From: Trichoplax adhaerens
Taxonomy: Eukaryota > Animalia > Placozoa
NCBI RefSeq assembly: GCF_000150275.1
Contig: NW_002060948.1
Coordinates: forward strand, 2,472,180 to 2,536,179
DNA: 64,000 nt
Direction: 5' to 3'
Below the pieces are notes generated by a model that was given only the letters and a program-made list of their open reading frames with translations, was not told the DNA's origin and ran no database searches. Below, in pieces: positions 27,101-42,390 of this stretch; within the stretch, counting starts at the first letter, position 1; the number at the start of each line of letters is the position of its first letter. The position numbers and the translations under genes are program-made.

Positions 27101-29412
27101 CGAATATTATTCGGTCTAAAGATGCACTTATAAAAAGTTCCTATTATACCTTAACGCGTACTTAGGCATGTTAAATCAATTCCATTAATATTCTCTACAC
27201 CAGTAGAGTTTGCTATAGAAAACTTACTTTCTGAGTAGTTCCTTATGGTACTTTGATAGATACTTTAATTAAATCAAAGACTCACGAATATTAGTGCAGC
27301 AGAAAGTATTTTTAATTAATACCTTTTCACCCTCTTGTACAATTGACTGACGTAACCTTTTCCAAAAGTACTAGCGCTCTTTAAATATTCTATTTCATGG
27401 CAGCATTATAGACTATACTACTGCCTACCCTTGAAGAGAACTTGAGCCCATTACAATCAATTGTGCAGTAGAAGTATATCTAAATCTCTTGTGCTACAAA
27501 TACGTCTATCAATGATTGGATAAATTAAGTCTGATAGCAAGTTGAGTGAAATTACTGGTACTTATTTTGATTCGATAAAACTACTATGATGAATCATCAT
27601 TTTTCAGGATGAAATCTAAACATCAGAGAAAAATTCTTTTAGTAGATTAAATATTATTCTGGCATCTTTCCTTTAATCTTAAATATACATAGTACAAGCA
27701 AATGGTCCGTTGTTGTAGTTGAAGATTAAATTAATTAGAATAGTTAATTGCATACAAAGTCGTTATTAGCCATTTGTGGTGAGTTCTGCAGTTAAGTCAT
27801 TCAAAAATGGGATTTTAATACCGTATCGACAAGAGTCATCTCCGAGTTAATGCCATTTCACCAACTAGATGTCCTGGGCTTATTAAACCGAATAGGATCC
27901 AATTTACTAATGAATCACTCAGAAGTAAGTTAAGCTTATACTCTCTTTGTTTTTTTTCATTCTAAAAAAAAATTAGTAACTAAGAATGGCGGACAATGGT
28001 TGCGAAAATTTTCCGATTAGATTGAATAGACAATTACCACGTTACTTACTTGTAACAAAGTCAACTTTAATTTAGGAGCAAGGAAGGCATACGACGCTAG
28101 AATTTTCTTCTAATTCTTAAAGTGGTTATCGATGCGCCCTGCTGGCTCTTGGCCATATCATCTGTTACACTATATACCATATAACTTCGGATATCGACTA
28201 CGGTACGTTGCCAATCTTGTGTGGCCTCAGAGTTAAAAGGAACTGTTTCTACTACAGTAATTTTCTACTATTTTATACCGTGGACTTCTATGAAAATGCC
28301 AATAAGTATCGTACTGTTATACGTCTCATCTTCTATAATATATCATATTTACACAGTATTTTGCAAAATATTTCAATCAGGCCGGAATATGGAGATGTTT
28401 GCTTCTCAGTATGCACTCAACCATTTTACGGTACGTTAATTAAAGAGAACTAAATGCATAATACACTCCAATCGACTGCATATTATAATTATTTTGGCCA
28501 TTGTGCCGTAAAATATTTCTTTATCGATACCGGACAGAATCTACTGGTAGGCAGATCTTTACACTGATTGTGCATTTTATCTTGAAATGTTGTAAATTAA
28601 TGCGTTAAATCCAGTAATTTATAGTTATTCAGTAAAAACACTCTATTGCGGTAAAACCTATTCTGTAACATCTACAGAAATAACTATGCTATAGTCAATT
28701 TTCGATCGAATCTACTGGTTATGAAGGAAAATGTTAAAAGATTATTGAAATTATTAGCACACCCTAAGATTTGTTTTCAAAATAAACTTTTACAAATCAT
28801 TTATATGATGAATACATACTTTTATTTGCTAGCATCAAACGATTCATAGAATTACAGAATGAATTTAACCGAAATTAATTTGCTTTGGAGGCAATAGATC
28901 AATTAAGACAAATTGATGTTTATTTTTAAGATGCCTATATGGTACAATATTAGTCTCGATCAAAACCGTATTATAAGCTTGACCGAAACAATGATAGGGG
29001 GTTTGTGCAGGCAATACCACCATAATTTAATTTTTACTTTAGTTAAATCTGTTTTGTCGTCATTTACACATTCTTAATAATAAAGTTGTACAGGGGATCA
29101 TCAATAAATTTTGCTATTAATATATATCTCTTTCTATATGACTGGTTTCTATTTTGGATCTGTATATCCATTCATCTATCTAGTAGGGTTGATATTAAGT
29201 TATTGAATAGATCATTATTTATAATAATTGCGGATTAAAGATGATAAGAGAACTAGGAAGACTTGTTTTAGCAATAATTAGATATATAACATAATATTTT
29301 TATGCATATTATTATTATTTAATGATCACTAAGTATTGAAACAGAAAGTGTCGTGAAGTAACCAAATAATTCATTTGATTACCCGTAAGATTTTTGACCT
29401 GATACTAAGTAT

Positions 29413-30153
29413 CTAATGGCGTCTTGAAGTTTCCGATTGAGTTCTATTAGTGGGTGATGCAGCAGCACGTTCTTCGGGTATCCCATTCATACAGCCACAT
29501 CCAATGCGATTCTTCTGTGTTCGTTTGAAAGGTAACTTTTGACCGGCTCTTAACAAGCTATAGGAAATGCTTTTATATCCTTCATGGGCTACGCAAGTTT
29601 TAATAGTGTCGGGGCAACAATTTTTGTAATCGCATACGACACAGCGCTCTGGTATAGCAGTGTAAAATACACTTTCACCACCTGATAGTTGCTCATCTTT
29701 ATCGAAGTTGTAAGGACATAAGTGATCTTGCTCTACTACCTGGCAAGCTCCTTGTAAGATTTTACCATAACGAGCCGATTGCTTGACGGTGCCACTATCT
29801 TCCGAATCAGGCAAATCTAATCGGCGTGGAGACCCTTCCTGTTCTTCTAAAATATTTTTCTCTTCATCAAAACTAGACGGATTATTTGCCTCTATGCCAT
29901 GCTCTTCAGAAATCAAATTACCCGTGTGTCGCGGATATGAATAGCAAATGCCAGAAAGAGCTACTAATGCTACAATAGCTACCTAGAAAGACAAAAAACA
30001 TTTTTCAAAATGAACAAGAAATGAATTCATAAAAGCCAACATCAACTTTAAGCACCACATGTGGTATCCATTTTCTTATGCACATCGTGAGTCTTAATTA
30101 GAAAGCCTAATCACATTAATCAAAGACTTTACCTTAAAAGTGGAACAATTCAT
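29413..30153 (-). CDS. Secreted cysteine-rich protein, putative cystine-knot cytokine/growth factor precursor (~196 aa)
   Basis: Exon 1 30153-30133 (MNCSTFK|gtaaaag) splices in frame to exon 2 29982-29413 (ttctag|VAIVALVALSGICYS...). This gives a signal peptide, an acidic pro-region and a 9-Cys domain ending in C-G-C. Confidence 0.8.
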
Positions 30154-30731
30154 AGTTGTAGTAATTTGTCGTTTTAACTCTTCAATTAAAATCAATTTAT
30201 TCTCTAGATTGTCAAGCTGGAGAGCTCTATCGGTGGTGTATGGACCAGATTAAACCTTAAAAGCAGATAGTATTAAAGTAAGAAAAGAGGAGAAAAAATA
30301 ACCTTTTAACTATAATAACTTCCTATCGTAATTCGATACTAGCATATTCCAACAGAATGAAAATTTCATGTCCATATAGTGATCGTGAAAATTGCATTAA
30401 TATAGTCAGAACAAATGCGCTCATTAGTTAAAGTATCTGTATATAGTAGTCGTCAATTAAAATTCTTTTTAACTTGACGAATGTTTACTTACAAATATAG
30501 GCTACTTCTGAATTTCCAGACGAACTGAACGTAAAATAACGTTTCTCCTCAACTTAAGCGTATTATATAGAGACATGGAGCAGGTGCAAATAGAATAAAT
30601 ATACACCAGGTGACTACTTAATCGACAAGTTATGAATTGATTTTTGTTACAAAATTGGCAATTGTAAATAACCACGGAAGTCAATGAGTTTACATATATA
30701 GCAAACTAGACATGTCAATTATTACCTTCTT

Positions 30732-30779
30732 AAAATTACTGTATTCACCGTCTAGAAAATTACTGTATTCACCGTCTAG
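30732..30779. repeat. Perfect 24-bp tandem duplication
   Basis: aaaattactgtattcaccgtctag occurs twice, back to back. Confidence 0.95.
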
Positions 30780-33700
30780 GTTGAATATTTCAATTCTCTA
30801 ATTAACTTACTGAGATACTTATTAAAACTTATATATGGATGTCATCAAGCATTTCCCAGTTTGAGTTAAGATTTGTATTCAATTAGGCATCCGGTCATGT
30901 GGCGAAAACAAGAATTTTTTCGTTTTACTTGAGTAAGTTAACTATGAAGTCAAGCATTGGAATGATATTAATAAAACAAGTTCGTCCACAGTACCTAATT
31001 TCCTAATTTAACTAAATTAAGAGAATTTCATCTCTAAAATAACTGCACAAGAGAGATCGATAACGTGATAGATAATTATATTTATAGAATATGGTAAAAC
31101 TGATTTCCAATTTTATACTGTCTTGACTATCAGGCTATTTTGATCTATATTTTTTAATAATTACTAAAATGGAAATTGTTTTTTAAACCAATTCTTACAT
31201 TATTAGTGTTGATTCTATCTATCAAATAAGGTATACAGATTGAAACCAATAACAAATTTAGGATTTAACATCCAATGTCTATACGTATTAACTTTATTAA
31301 AATATAATTTACAATGGCATATTATTCTAGAGCTACTTTGTATATTACAATTTGTATTAGATGTTTATTATTATTATTGTACGAAAAGGATAAATAAGTC
31401 AATAATTTTCATCGACATCATGTCGAACTAAACTTTGACATTTTTTTCTTATTTTATTCTCTTCAATACCAAGCAATAAAATAATTGAAGTTTTATAGTC
31501 ATAAAAATGAATTCTACCGGTATCCATTGACTACAAAAATGAATTAATAAGCATCATTCCTGTATCAGCTTTTACCCTCTGCTGTCTAGCCGAACAGAAA
31601 CAGATTACAGTAGCCTATATGTCAACGATGATTTTATACAAATACCTTAGAAAGGTTTATCAGCTTCTTTGACTTACTCCTTTAGCAGATATTCTCATTT
31701 TTTTATTTTTTCTGTGCTGTACGTCAGCAAAATCAAGGGAGAATAAAATTTGAGAACTTACTACTTCATCCCGTCATGATAGCTTTCGAGTACATCCGGT
31801 ACTAGAAACAGATCGAGCATGTAGGGCCAAAATCCCAAACTTAATCATATCATCATCTTTGTTGATAATATAAAACGAATGACAAAGCTATCCTTGAAAT
31901 AGAATTATTGTCAGATAAATCAGAATAAAAACTACTGTCTAGGAGGCATCGGCGTTGATCCATTTTATATTTTAGTAGACATTACATTGCGTTACATTAA
32001 ATCATATTACGAATGCATTAAGAGAGGTAAGATCGTATCTTTTAAAGGAAGCATATTGTCCTCAGTTGAGTGATGCATATTGTTGTTAGAGTGAAATAAT
32101 TAGTACAATAGAATTCCTTTTTAAGAAGGAGATTCAAAATCAACCTTAAAACAGTATATCCTTCACGATCTTCTCAATTATTGTAGAAAAAATGAATAGA
32201 AAAATATAGATTCTCATAATAATGACATCATCCAATGAGAATGACGATGAGATCAAAGTGCAATGACACAGTCATCCTTTATTGAAAACGAATTCTGTAA
32301 TCTACGTAATTTTACACTTTACAGTCGGTTGATTTTATAAAATAAGAGAAATTTTAATTTTTTCTACCAAAGTTAGGATATGAGTTATGAATGCTATCTT
32401 TCAACTATCGGATATTCATGTAAACTATCTATCATCTTACGTTTTAGCAAATTGTTCATGTTTAGCAATTAACGTCCATTTTATCTTATTTTATTGTATA
32501 TTTATATTTTTACGAATAGATTCATCTTTCTTGTATCGGAATTAATAAATAAAGTATAGCTAACAGCAATCTTGTCAAATAACACATTAGGATACCTCAT
32601 CATAACTATTATTGCATGAATTTATTTTCTAATTTTAATTATTGTTTGATTGTTTGCTACAAGTATACTTTCAATAGTAATTAATGTATTAATCAATTGT
32701 GATAACTAACATTGCCTAATAAAATTAAACAACTGATGGCTGCAAACGATCATAAAAATATTCATACTTGACAAAGGTAAAAGTCAATAAATTACTATTG
32801 CAAACAGTTAGCCTATATAGTATATTTTTTGTCTAAATTTAAATGCGTACGTTTATTTATTATAACAATATATATACATTTAAATTCCATTTTAAATATT
32901 TCAGCTTGCATGTGCAATCGACAATACCATAATAATATCTTTTAATTGTATATTATAATATAACAAAGCCGTGCTTTATTCTGGCTGGAATGTAACTTAT
33001 ATTTATATACAAATACAGATATATAATAAAAAAATTCATTCATCTTGGATAGTATTGACGCAAGAAAAAACAGTAACAATTAAAACATCAATTTATAAGT
33101 CAAATTAATTTACAGCACGATAACTTATTTTAAATGATGACGACCGGAATTCATGAGCGCAAAGCTGCATCCACGCTATTTACCTCCAAGAATTCTCACT
33201 TAAGTAACAATTAAAAAAGTTTCTAATACTTAGTTACCTTCATAAATGACACTATCAATATTCCATACTATCTCCAATGGCAACCTAATATCAAGTAAAA
33301 GTGGTTAAACTTTTTATTGACCTGAGCATCTTCATGATTGAATAAACTTAATGCATGTTCCAGCAAATTAATAATCATTGAACAATGATTTACTGAGTTT
33401 ACTACAGCAATTTAAATGAGGTCATTTATTAATAAATCGCGTCACGGATGATAGCTGAATTACTAATAAAAAAAACTGAGATATATTATTTTTACGTAAC
33501 ACTAATCTATCAATTTAGTCTACATTTTACGTCATGCTTCAATACACGATAATTTTCATATTTTAACAATAGTTCCTTAATTATAGGCTATATTTTTAAC
33601 CTTAATTATAACAGCATTAATAACATTGTTGAATTTGCTATGTTGTTATTAAGCAATCGACCTTACTAGTATGTCAATTATGATTTAAATTAATCTTATT

Positions 33701-36700
33701 TAACTCCAAATGTTAATTGTTGTGAAATATAACACCTAGCCGTACAGGTAAGAATACGAGTATATGAAACGAAGACTTGCAAATACTGTACTGCCTCAAC
33801 TATTAATATAATTCATTATACCAATTATAATTATTAATAGATTAATCACACAGCAAAAAGAATGATTATTTTCAGGTATTTTAGTTTGCTGACGTAGTAA
33901 TTACTAGCTAAAAAAACAATCATACACACATTAACATTTGATTCTATTCAATCAATGATCAGTAAAATGTTATGTATTTTATTTACCTTCAATATAAAAA
34001 TAAACATATAGATATTTCTAATTATTATAGCTTGTAAAATAAGAGCTTTACTTATCACCGTCACTGTGTAATTGGTAATTTGACTGTAAACAAATATTAT
34101 GATTATTACTGCGTAAAATTAAGCTAAATTTCCTCTCCCGTAGTAGCAATCGTGTAAGTTGAAGACTATAGTGGTGACAGTAAAGTTCAAATGGAGATAA
34201 CAATATTAGAAACTACCATCTTTATGTAATAGCTATTTGGGTCTTCATGGAAAAAAACTTAATTATAGAAGTGCATTGGCATTCAGAGTAGATACAAAAG
34301 TTAATTTTAGATATTTTCAAAGATAAAACTAGAATACATTATGCATGGCTTAGTCGCTATCATGCCAAATCCATTAAAGAAAGAAATTCAATAATATAAC
34401 TGTAGGGTATTTGGATTGGAAAAATACCTCCAATAAAAAGATTAGAATGTAAATAAGCAATCGAGACTAGACAAATATGTACAAGTATACTGCATTATTG
34501 TACACCAAGATGTATGTCAATTACTTTATTTAGCTAAAATTAGTGATAAAAGAAGCACTTGATTGACAGGTTGTAAACTCAACAAAAAAAGTACGAAGCA
34601 TTAATTATTCTGATAATTTTTCCACTCTGCACAGCAGTTATTTAATAATGTCCATATACAAGTAAATAGAGTCAAATAGGTAAGTAGTTTATTAATTACG
34701 TTATCAATATATTAGCCAATAGGAGATTTTAATGCATTAGATGATATAGCATAATCATCTCAAATTTGTGAGGAGCCTTAATCACACCAATGAATCAATT
34801 GATTGAATTATTTCAATGCCTACCTTGAGGCCCATCGTTATGACCAAAGGCACCAATGAGGTGAAAATGTGCACTATAGCAAATTTCAAGCATTTACATT
34901 ATTTCTTTTCTTTATTAGTCAGCTAAAAATTGGACAATACAGTACACAAGAAAAATAGTAAATAGGAACCGGTATATACTAGTTCTACAGTATAAACAGC
35001 AGACTGTCATGATAAGGAAAAAATAATTCACTTTCTCTTCCAATCAACTTTGCTTTCTACAAATTATGTCTATCTTTTTCAATAGGATAGCTTTATAATG
35101 ATAAAAAATTGTCAATTGTTAGATAAAACGCATTAATTTCAATGGAATACAGCTCTCTTTGCATCACTTATTGATCTCGTTATACTATCCGTAAAATCTA
35201 CCATGCCCTATTTGGCAAGTCTATTCTGTCAATTATCAGACTATACTTTGATTAAATATAATACCCGACACTAATTAAATAAATTTCTTTTTTAACATGA
35301 ACTTATACAAGATAGAACTAGCAGAAATATTCATACAGTTAATTACGCATATCTGTATGTGCTAGTATGATAGTTGGTGCAATATTATGCCGCATGATGT
35401 AGTTTTGCTCCTACTAAATAATGAGTCTGTTAAATTTTACTAGCGCCTTTCTCCTCAATGTATGTAATCTCAGAAATTTGATATGGGTTATGATTTCCAT
35501 CACTACCATATCGATTTGTTAAAGGTTAATGATACCGTAATGATAACTCTTTGATTTAATTGTCGGTTTCTTTCTCTTACCAAGAGTATCGATGATCTCT
35601 TTTCACTGCCATCGCATAACAGTTTCTTCTTATTTGCTGTAACATGAGTGATAAATATGTATCGGTATTATTTCTTTATCATTAATTACCGACAACGATA
35701 ACTTTTATAGGCATAATTCATTAACACTCCTTGATTTACAACCTGCTAAATTCGAAACAATATGAATTAGCATCTCATCCAACTTTAGCTCTTTTTCACT
35801 AAAGTTATATTTTAATTGTTATTTGCCCTCGCATTTCTTATTCGAAATGATAGTTCATTCACGTGAATTTATTACCTTAAATTGTGTAGTCTAAGCTATA
35901 CTTTATAGAGGTTAAAAGATATGTAGACGATGCGAGTATCTAACAAGTATCGATATATCATGTTCCATATTCAATTGATAGATTTTTAGCTATTTTCTTC
36001 AAAGTACCGCATTATTGTGTATTTTTATTTAATTTAAGAGTAACATTATATCTTATCCATTGATTGCTATTTTTTTGGCAGGTAGATTCAACAGATATTT
36101 CATTACTTTAGATTAAAAGTTCACAACGATTAAAAACTATAATACGCCTCAAATATTATACAAATATTAATTAAAATCAATATACTGCCAGTAGAGCAAT
36201 TTCTAAACTAACACGACATATCTAAAGATAATTAACTGCAATTAACGTGCTACGTGATAGTAACTCGTTTGGTTCTGAGATTTTCATACATTTATAAATA
36301 TTATATAATATTACTAGATCCCTATAAAGAACAAAAAGCGTTGAGTAGCTATTAAAATTCCGTTTCAACACAATTTTACGGCAATCTAAGAGCCCAACGC
36401 TAAGAATCAGTATAATTACTATTCTGGTACATATATATAATATAGATAAATATGCAAAGAAATTCTTTGCTTGTATTGTATAGAGCAACTCCTAAAATGT
36501 TCATCTTCGAAGATTTTTTCTTTTAGCAGTATTTAAACGTAGCAAAATATCCAGAAGAACAACAGTAGACATATTGTACTCAAACTATTGCAATCACTGC
36601 AAAATAATCATTAAAAAAGAATAATTTAGTAAGTAAAGTAGTTACTTTAATAGAAACTCATCGTTAATTGTACCAATTGTTAATATATTGTATAAAACAA

Positions 36701-39700
36701 TTCAGACATAGACAAAGAATATAGGTAAATGGCAGATTGCAGTTACTTTATTAAAAAATCGGCAATAAAGTTAGCATAGAATTGGAACACTATTAAACTG
36801 ACGCTATGCGGCTGATCTGTTGTTTATTCAATGATGAACATTTTATTAATCATTATGTAATCAATATGCTCACTGCATTTATATAAAATTTGTATCGTTA
36901 CTTTAAATTAGTTTTCAAGGAATGTCCTAATATACGAATTTGTGCTATTTTTTGCGATTTAGACATTGACTATGCCAATAGTTATGTCCTTCATAATATG
37001 CTATATCGTTCACAATTTAATCACGCAAGAATTACAAATTTAATTAATACACACACAACATTATATACTTTTATATAATAGATTTTGTTAACATTATTCC
37101 CCATAAGCTATAATCAGGGAGTCAGTATTTGGTATAATTGTTACTTAATTATATCTTTTTCTATTAAATTTTGCCGCTTACTTCATTCCTTGCAGGCTTT
37201 TAGAAACTGATGACGTTGCCAATTAAGGATTTGTTACTAAAGTCGTGAGCTATATTACGTCTTGCAATTATCAATAATCTTTTTTTAAATGAATTATTAC
37301 GTGATATTCATTTATATTACAGCTACCTTCAATAATAGTCAAGAAGTAAATAATCGATTGAAGTCATGTGTCAATAATAGTTGAATGCAATTTAGAATAA
37401 GTGATATCGACATATGTGTAAAATTGACATGAAATGCTTTAATAACTAGTGAATACAGCAAAGTACTTTACACTTCTAGATTGCTATTGGTATGTTAGCA
37501 ATGTACTAGCTTTCTTTTTCAGACTACAAGTCTAGTATATTATCGCATAAACAAAATTCACTTTATAGCAACATCTATAATATCATTTCAAGTAACTGAG
37601 GAATGTTATCGCTACTTTTTCAATTAGAAATATGAAATGAGGCAGATAACGAGCAATAACAACAATGCAAGTCATTCAAATTTATATAGTCGGAAGTTTG
37701 TAAGAGTAATTAATTAGTCGACTGTCTGCAAGCTTTCTATTTATGCTGCGTTCTCATAGTGACGAGAATATTTCATTTTTCAATACTTACAATTGGTAGA
37801 AAACAAGTATCATTTCCAAATTTATAGTTGTTTTAATTATTTCTAAACTCTACACGTCTGTCATGATAGGAATATGAAGTGATGTTTTATATTGATCTCA
37901 GTCCTTAATTTTAGTTTCAGTTAGACTGCTAACTAATTTGAACAATACGAAAATTAATCAATAAACTAAATTAAACATATACCGATTTTCTAAATGCTCT
38001 TAAGTGATTTTAAAGCCAAATCAGTAGGAACTTTTCTGATGATAGAAAGTTGAAGAAATTTCGATAATGTAAACTATAAAATCTGTGTTTTAGACTTTAA
38101 TATATATTAAGTTGAGTTTTTCCGAATTGCCCACTATTTAAATTAATACCTTAAGAACATACAATAGTTGCAATTATATTATAAGTAGAGCTGAACTCAT
38201 TAAATATGAACGAAGAAAATGTTAATGAAGAGACGATGTATTTAGAGAAATGCTTTCCGAAATCGTGATATTTCTTTGTTGTCATACTTTGATCCTACTT
38301 TAAATGATAAGTAAATCACCGTGTAATCCATATCCTCTAAGTAAATTAGAAGCTACTTCGCAAGATCTGTTTGATAAGACTTAGTTAATTAGCTACTGCA
38401 CACGACCGAAGCAGCGTTCCTATCATTCTAGCACTCTTCTAACCTTTTATTAATTATTCTTTAATTTCTGTATTAAGAATTAAGGAGATAATAGAAATTG
38501 TTTGTGAAATAAAAAACGACCATTTTTTATTTTAAATTTATGAATAGTTTCTGAGTAGTTCTCTAGTCTTTTATTTTGCACAAAGTCTCATAGTTTGAAA
38601 CTAAGTAAACTATCGCAATTTTTTCCAATCGTGCGCTATACCAAAGTAATAATATTCCTCGAAATCGAATGTTTACGTGCAAATTGGTTAAGTAATTAAA
38701 TTACAGGCTTAAAAGATATTCATTCTTTTCTCAATAGATATTTAACCCTATATTTATAAGTTAAGTTAAAGCAAATATTAACTTTTATCTACATATCAAG
38801 TTCACGCTAACTATCAATTAGCAGACTGTATAACTAACTTATCAAAACACTTTATTTCCTTCTCTATATATAGCTAAAGTAAATGATTATTGAGCTGGTT
38901 GCTTCTAATAATAGTATAGAAAGTAATATTTTTAAAATCTATTTTCAGGACGTGATTAGTTACCAGACAAATAATTAATAGTTATAATCCTCAAGATTAC
39001 TTATATTTTTATTAATATGAAATATATTAAAATCTTTTATATCCTACGGAAGATTTTAAAAATCATGCTACTTTATGATATATTACTGCAGTAAAGCATT
39101 GATGTATATTATGTTTAAAATTTGCGCGGATACACTTATGTTCACTGCCCATGGAAAATTATTTATGCATTTACACCTATAGCCGCATTTAACAGCATCA
39201 TTTACTTACCCATGTTGTAGAAATTTAAATGAAACGTTATTCACTTAGTCTTAATTAATCTTAGTAATTTCATCGTGAATCAAGTTAATAAATTTATGAA
39301 TCTAACGCCGAGTGTCTAAAATTATTTAAGTAATTGTCAAATATTGACTGATAAATGAGTGACGGCAATGCAATGTCTGGTGAATGATGATTGATAAATG
39401 ACCATTGAAAGCAGATGAATGAAGACATTAATCATACTGTATATCTATCATCAATGGCAAGGATATGGTGTGATTTTTTAATTAAAAACCTTCATAGATC
39501 TTACCGCTTCACCTGTTTTATGCAAACGAAGGGAAAAGGTACAAAAATTTAATGAAAATAGGATATCTTCTGAAATGAGTCCAATATGCAGAAGCAAATA
39601 AATAGCAGAGAGGTTACTCTAACTAATTATTACGTAATACTGTGTAGTACTACAATATGAGTATATTTCTTCAGCTTGGAAACACACTGTGGTATCTATG

Positions 39701-41489
39701 AAGTAACGGTAATATTAGCAAACGTTACCATGATATAGCATTATTACAAAAAGAAATTTTAAGTGTCTGACATTGAGAAAAGGAAAAAGTTCCTATGTGC
39801 ATATCTGGCAGTATAAAGTATAAATGAATTTCTTAGAAATGTAATCGAATGAAATTTGTGTACTTATCGCGTGAAACGAATATGACTCGTCATGATATTA
39901 TTATGATATATACAATTGGATGAAATGATTTGGTAATACAAATCGATCTGTTACGAATGAAATGTTACGGTAAGATAGATTATTAATCTTGAAGTATTCC
40001 TCAAAATACTATACTTATTCATCATAAGACGATACATGGTGACTTTTCAAGCATAAAAATTTTTAAATGATTGGAATGAATATTGGAAAGACATTGATAT
40101 TTGATTTTAATTAATTGGACGAAAAGTGAATAATAATTGGCTATTCAAATTTACCTTACTAAAGGACTAGATTAAAGTTTTGATATCCTGAAAAACTTGG
40201 ATTAAAAACCTTAATGAATTGAATTGCAATTCCGTTCTCCACACTTCCGGTCTAGCTACTGATAAATCTATTGCTTTTAGATGCAATGAATATACTTCTA
40301 GATAATATGACCCTAATCAATAAAGGAAGCAAAACTGATGGATGTCGAGGAGTGACAATTATCTCGGAGCGGAATTTACAAACGATTTGATTTTATTAAT
40401 TTCTTACCGGCTAGTATAATCACTTCTAAAGTCATGCAAATGATTAGCGTAACTAGGTGTCCTATTTATTGACGAAATATAAAGGTGCGTAAAATTTCCT
40501 TCTCGATTGATTATCCACATAAATTATAAAAAAGTTTACACCAAATTTCGATTAACATACAATATTTACATATAAGATATCAACATATATATTCTCTACA
40601 CCCACATATTAGTTTATACCGAATTGACATAATTGAAGCTGTACTGTGAAAGAATTAATAAAAATTTAAAAGTCATTTCATGGCTCTATAACTATGTAAT
40701 CCTTTCATTTTAAAAATTACTAACATTGAACTGAAAGTAAATAAAAACTACAAATAACATTGATGATTTTAAAATATGATACTCTATTACCAATTACAGT
40801 TGAAAATATGGACAATGCCATCGATTGAATCCATTAAGGAATCACGCTATAATGGTTCAACTCACAATATACGAATAAAATGGACGTCCGGACCATCTAT
40901 TCTAATGTCAATGCCTTCAATGGCATTTACTGTGTACTGTGTACGTATAAATACCGTCTCTAGAGACATTAATATATTATTAAATTTAATAGAATTCCGG
41001 TAAATTCTTCGCAGGAGGAGATGATTTGCGCCTATAGGAAATTGAAGACATGAGAAGATGTTTAAACGAAACGCTTTTGGAAATACATTAAGCTAGAGCA
41101 TTTGAGCTTCTTTAATGATTTCCAATAGGATATACTGTATGTACCTTTTTGGATATTATGATTGGTCTAATTTGATTGTCACAAAACAGCTTTGCAACAA
41201 GATAACGTAATGTACGATCAATAAGTCAATTCCTTGAACGACGTATCAAGGAACGATATCTGCACTATCAGAAATACTTTTGCTCTACTAGCAGACTACA
41301 CAAAGACTTAGACGCCTCGTATTTTACGTTGAACACTAAGTTTAAGAATCCACTTTACTAATAGAATTATCCTAACATTGATATTTCTACTCTAATACAG
41401 TAAATAACACTGTCACATCGATATATACGTGCGTATTAATTATTCAGATATTTTGATGTAAAAGAAGGTGATACAAGCTCGTTTGTCTT

Positions 41490-42390
41490 TAATTGTACAG
41501 TACAGTAATAATAATATTCAATGTCTTTGATGAGTCGATCGCGGCCTGCAACGCGATCTTGGCATGCTGATTAGCGAATACATTACTGTCTCTAATAAGT
41601 GTACAGGATGAATTCCTACAGGATCATGACGTCATCATGATCATAATGCATTTGAGTGGAAATGCTTCTACGCAGACTCATTGAAACTTTACCGTGTCAG
41701 CTCAAGTCAATCCGTGTGTACTGTGTACAGTGTACAGTACTGTATGGACTGTACTGTACACTGTAGAAAGAAGAATAACAGTATTAAAACATTGTACTGT
41801 ACAGTGTACAATATAATAATAATATTCAATGTCTTTGATGACGCATACAATCTGAAAGGAGCTACTATCACCAAACATGCCATACAGTATTAGGGTATAG
41901 ACTGCGATTGGGTTTTAGGAATGGTGTGGAAGAGCTATCGTGGAATGCACACGTGTAAGCACTGAATTGGCCACAATAGCCCATAACAAGTACACCGTAC
42001 ACTGCTCATGCTCAGCCCAATCTAGCCTATTGTACTATGTACAGTGTACAGTACTATAGCGTGCGTCGCTTTGCAAGCCCTTGCTCAGCCACCTACAGTA
42101 TTCACTATAGCCCAGTTCAGAAAGAAATGATCATAATTGATTGATTAATTAATCAAATAGAATTTGTTAGCAGATCGATCCTTTCTTGATCCTATTTGAT
42201 GCAACAGTCACTGTTTAGAAAGAATAAAATCCATCATTAATTACTACGGAAGGCTTCCATCTCTCAAATTCTTGAAAAAAGTAAGTTTTAGTATGTATCA
42301 AGAGGACAGTGTAGAGTAGAGTCTACTTACGATAGTGTGCATCGCTTTAGCCACCTACAGGATATACAGTACAGTACAGTACTATAGCCT
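41490..42390. repeat. Second cluster of TACAG/CTGTA repeats with a ~40 bp dispersed duplicate
   Basis: Tracts at 41495-41506, 41715-41765, 41792-41810, 42030-42055 and 42365-42383. The string aataataatattcaatgtctttgatga occurs at both ~41507 and ~41815. Confidence 0.85.

Noticed and set aside
31240-41003. Short ORFs of 60-90 aa in the AT-rich tract
   Set aside because: I/L/Y/N/K-rich composition typical of random AT-rich ORFs.
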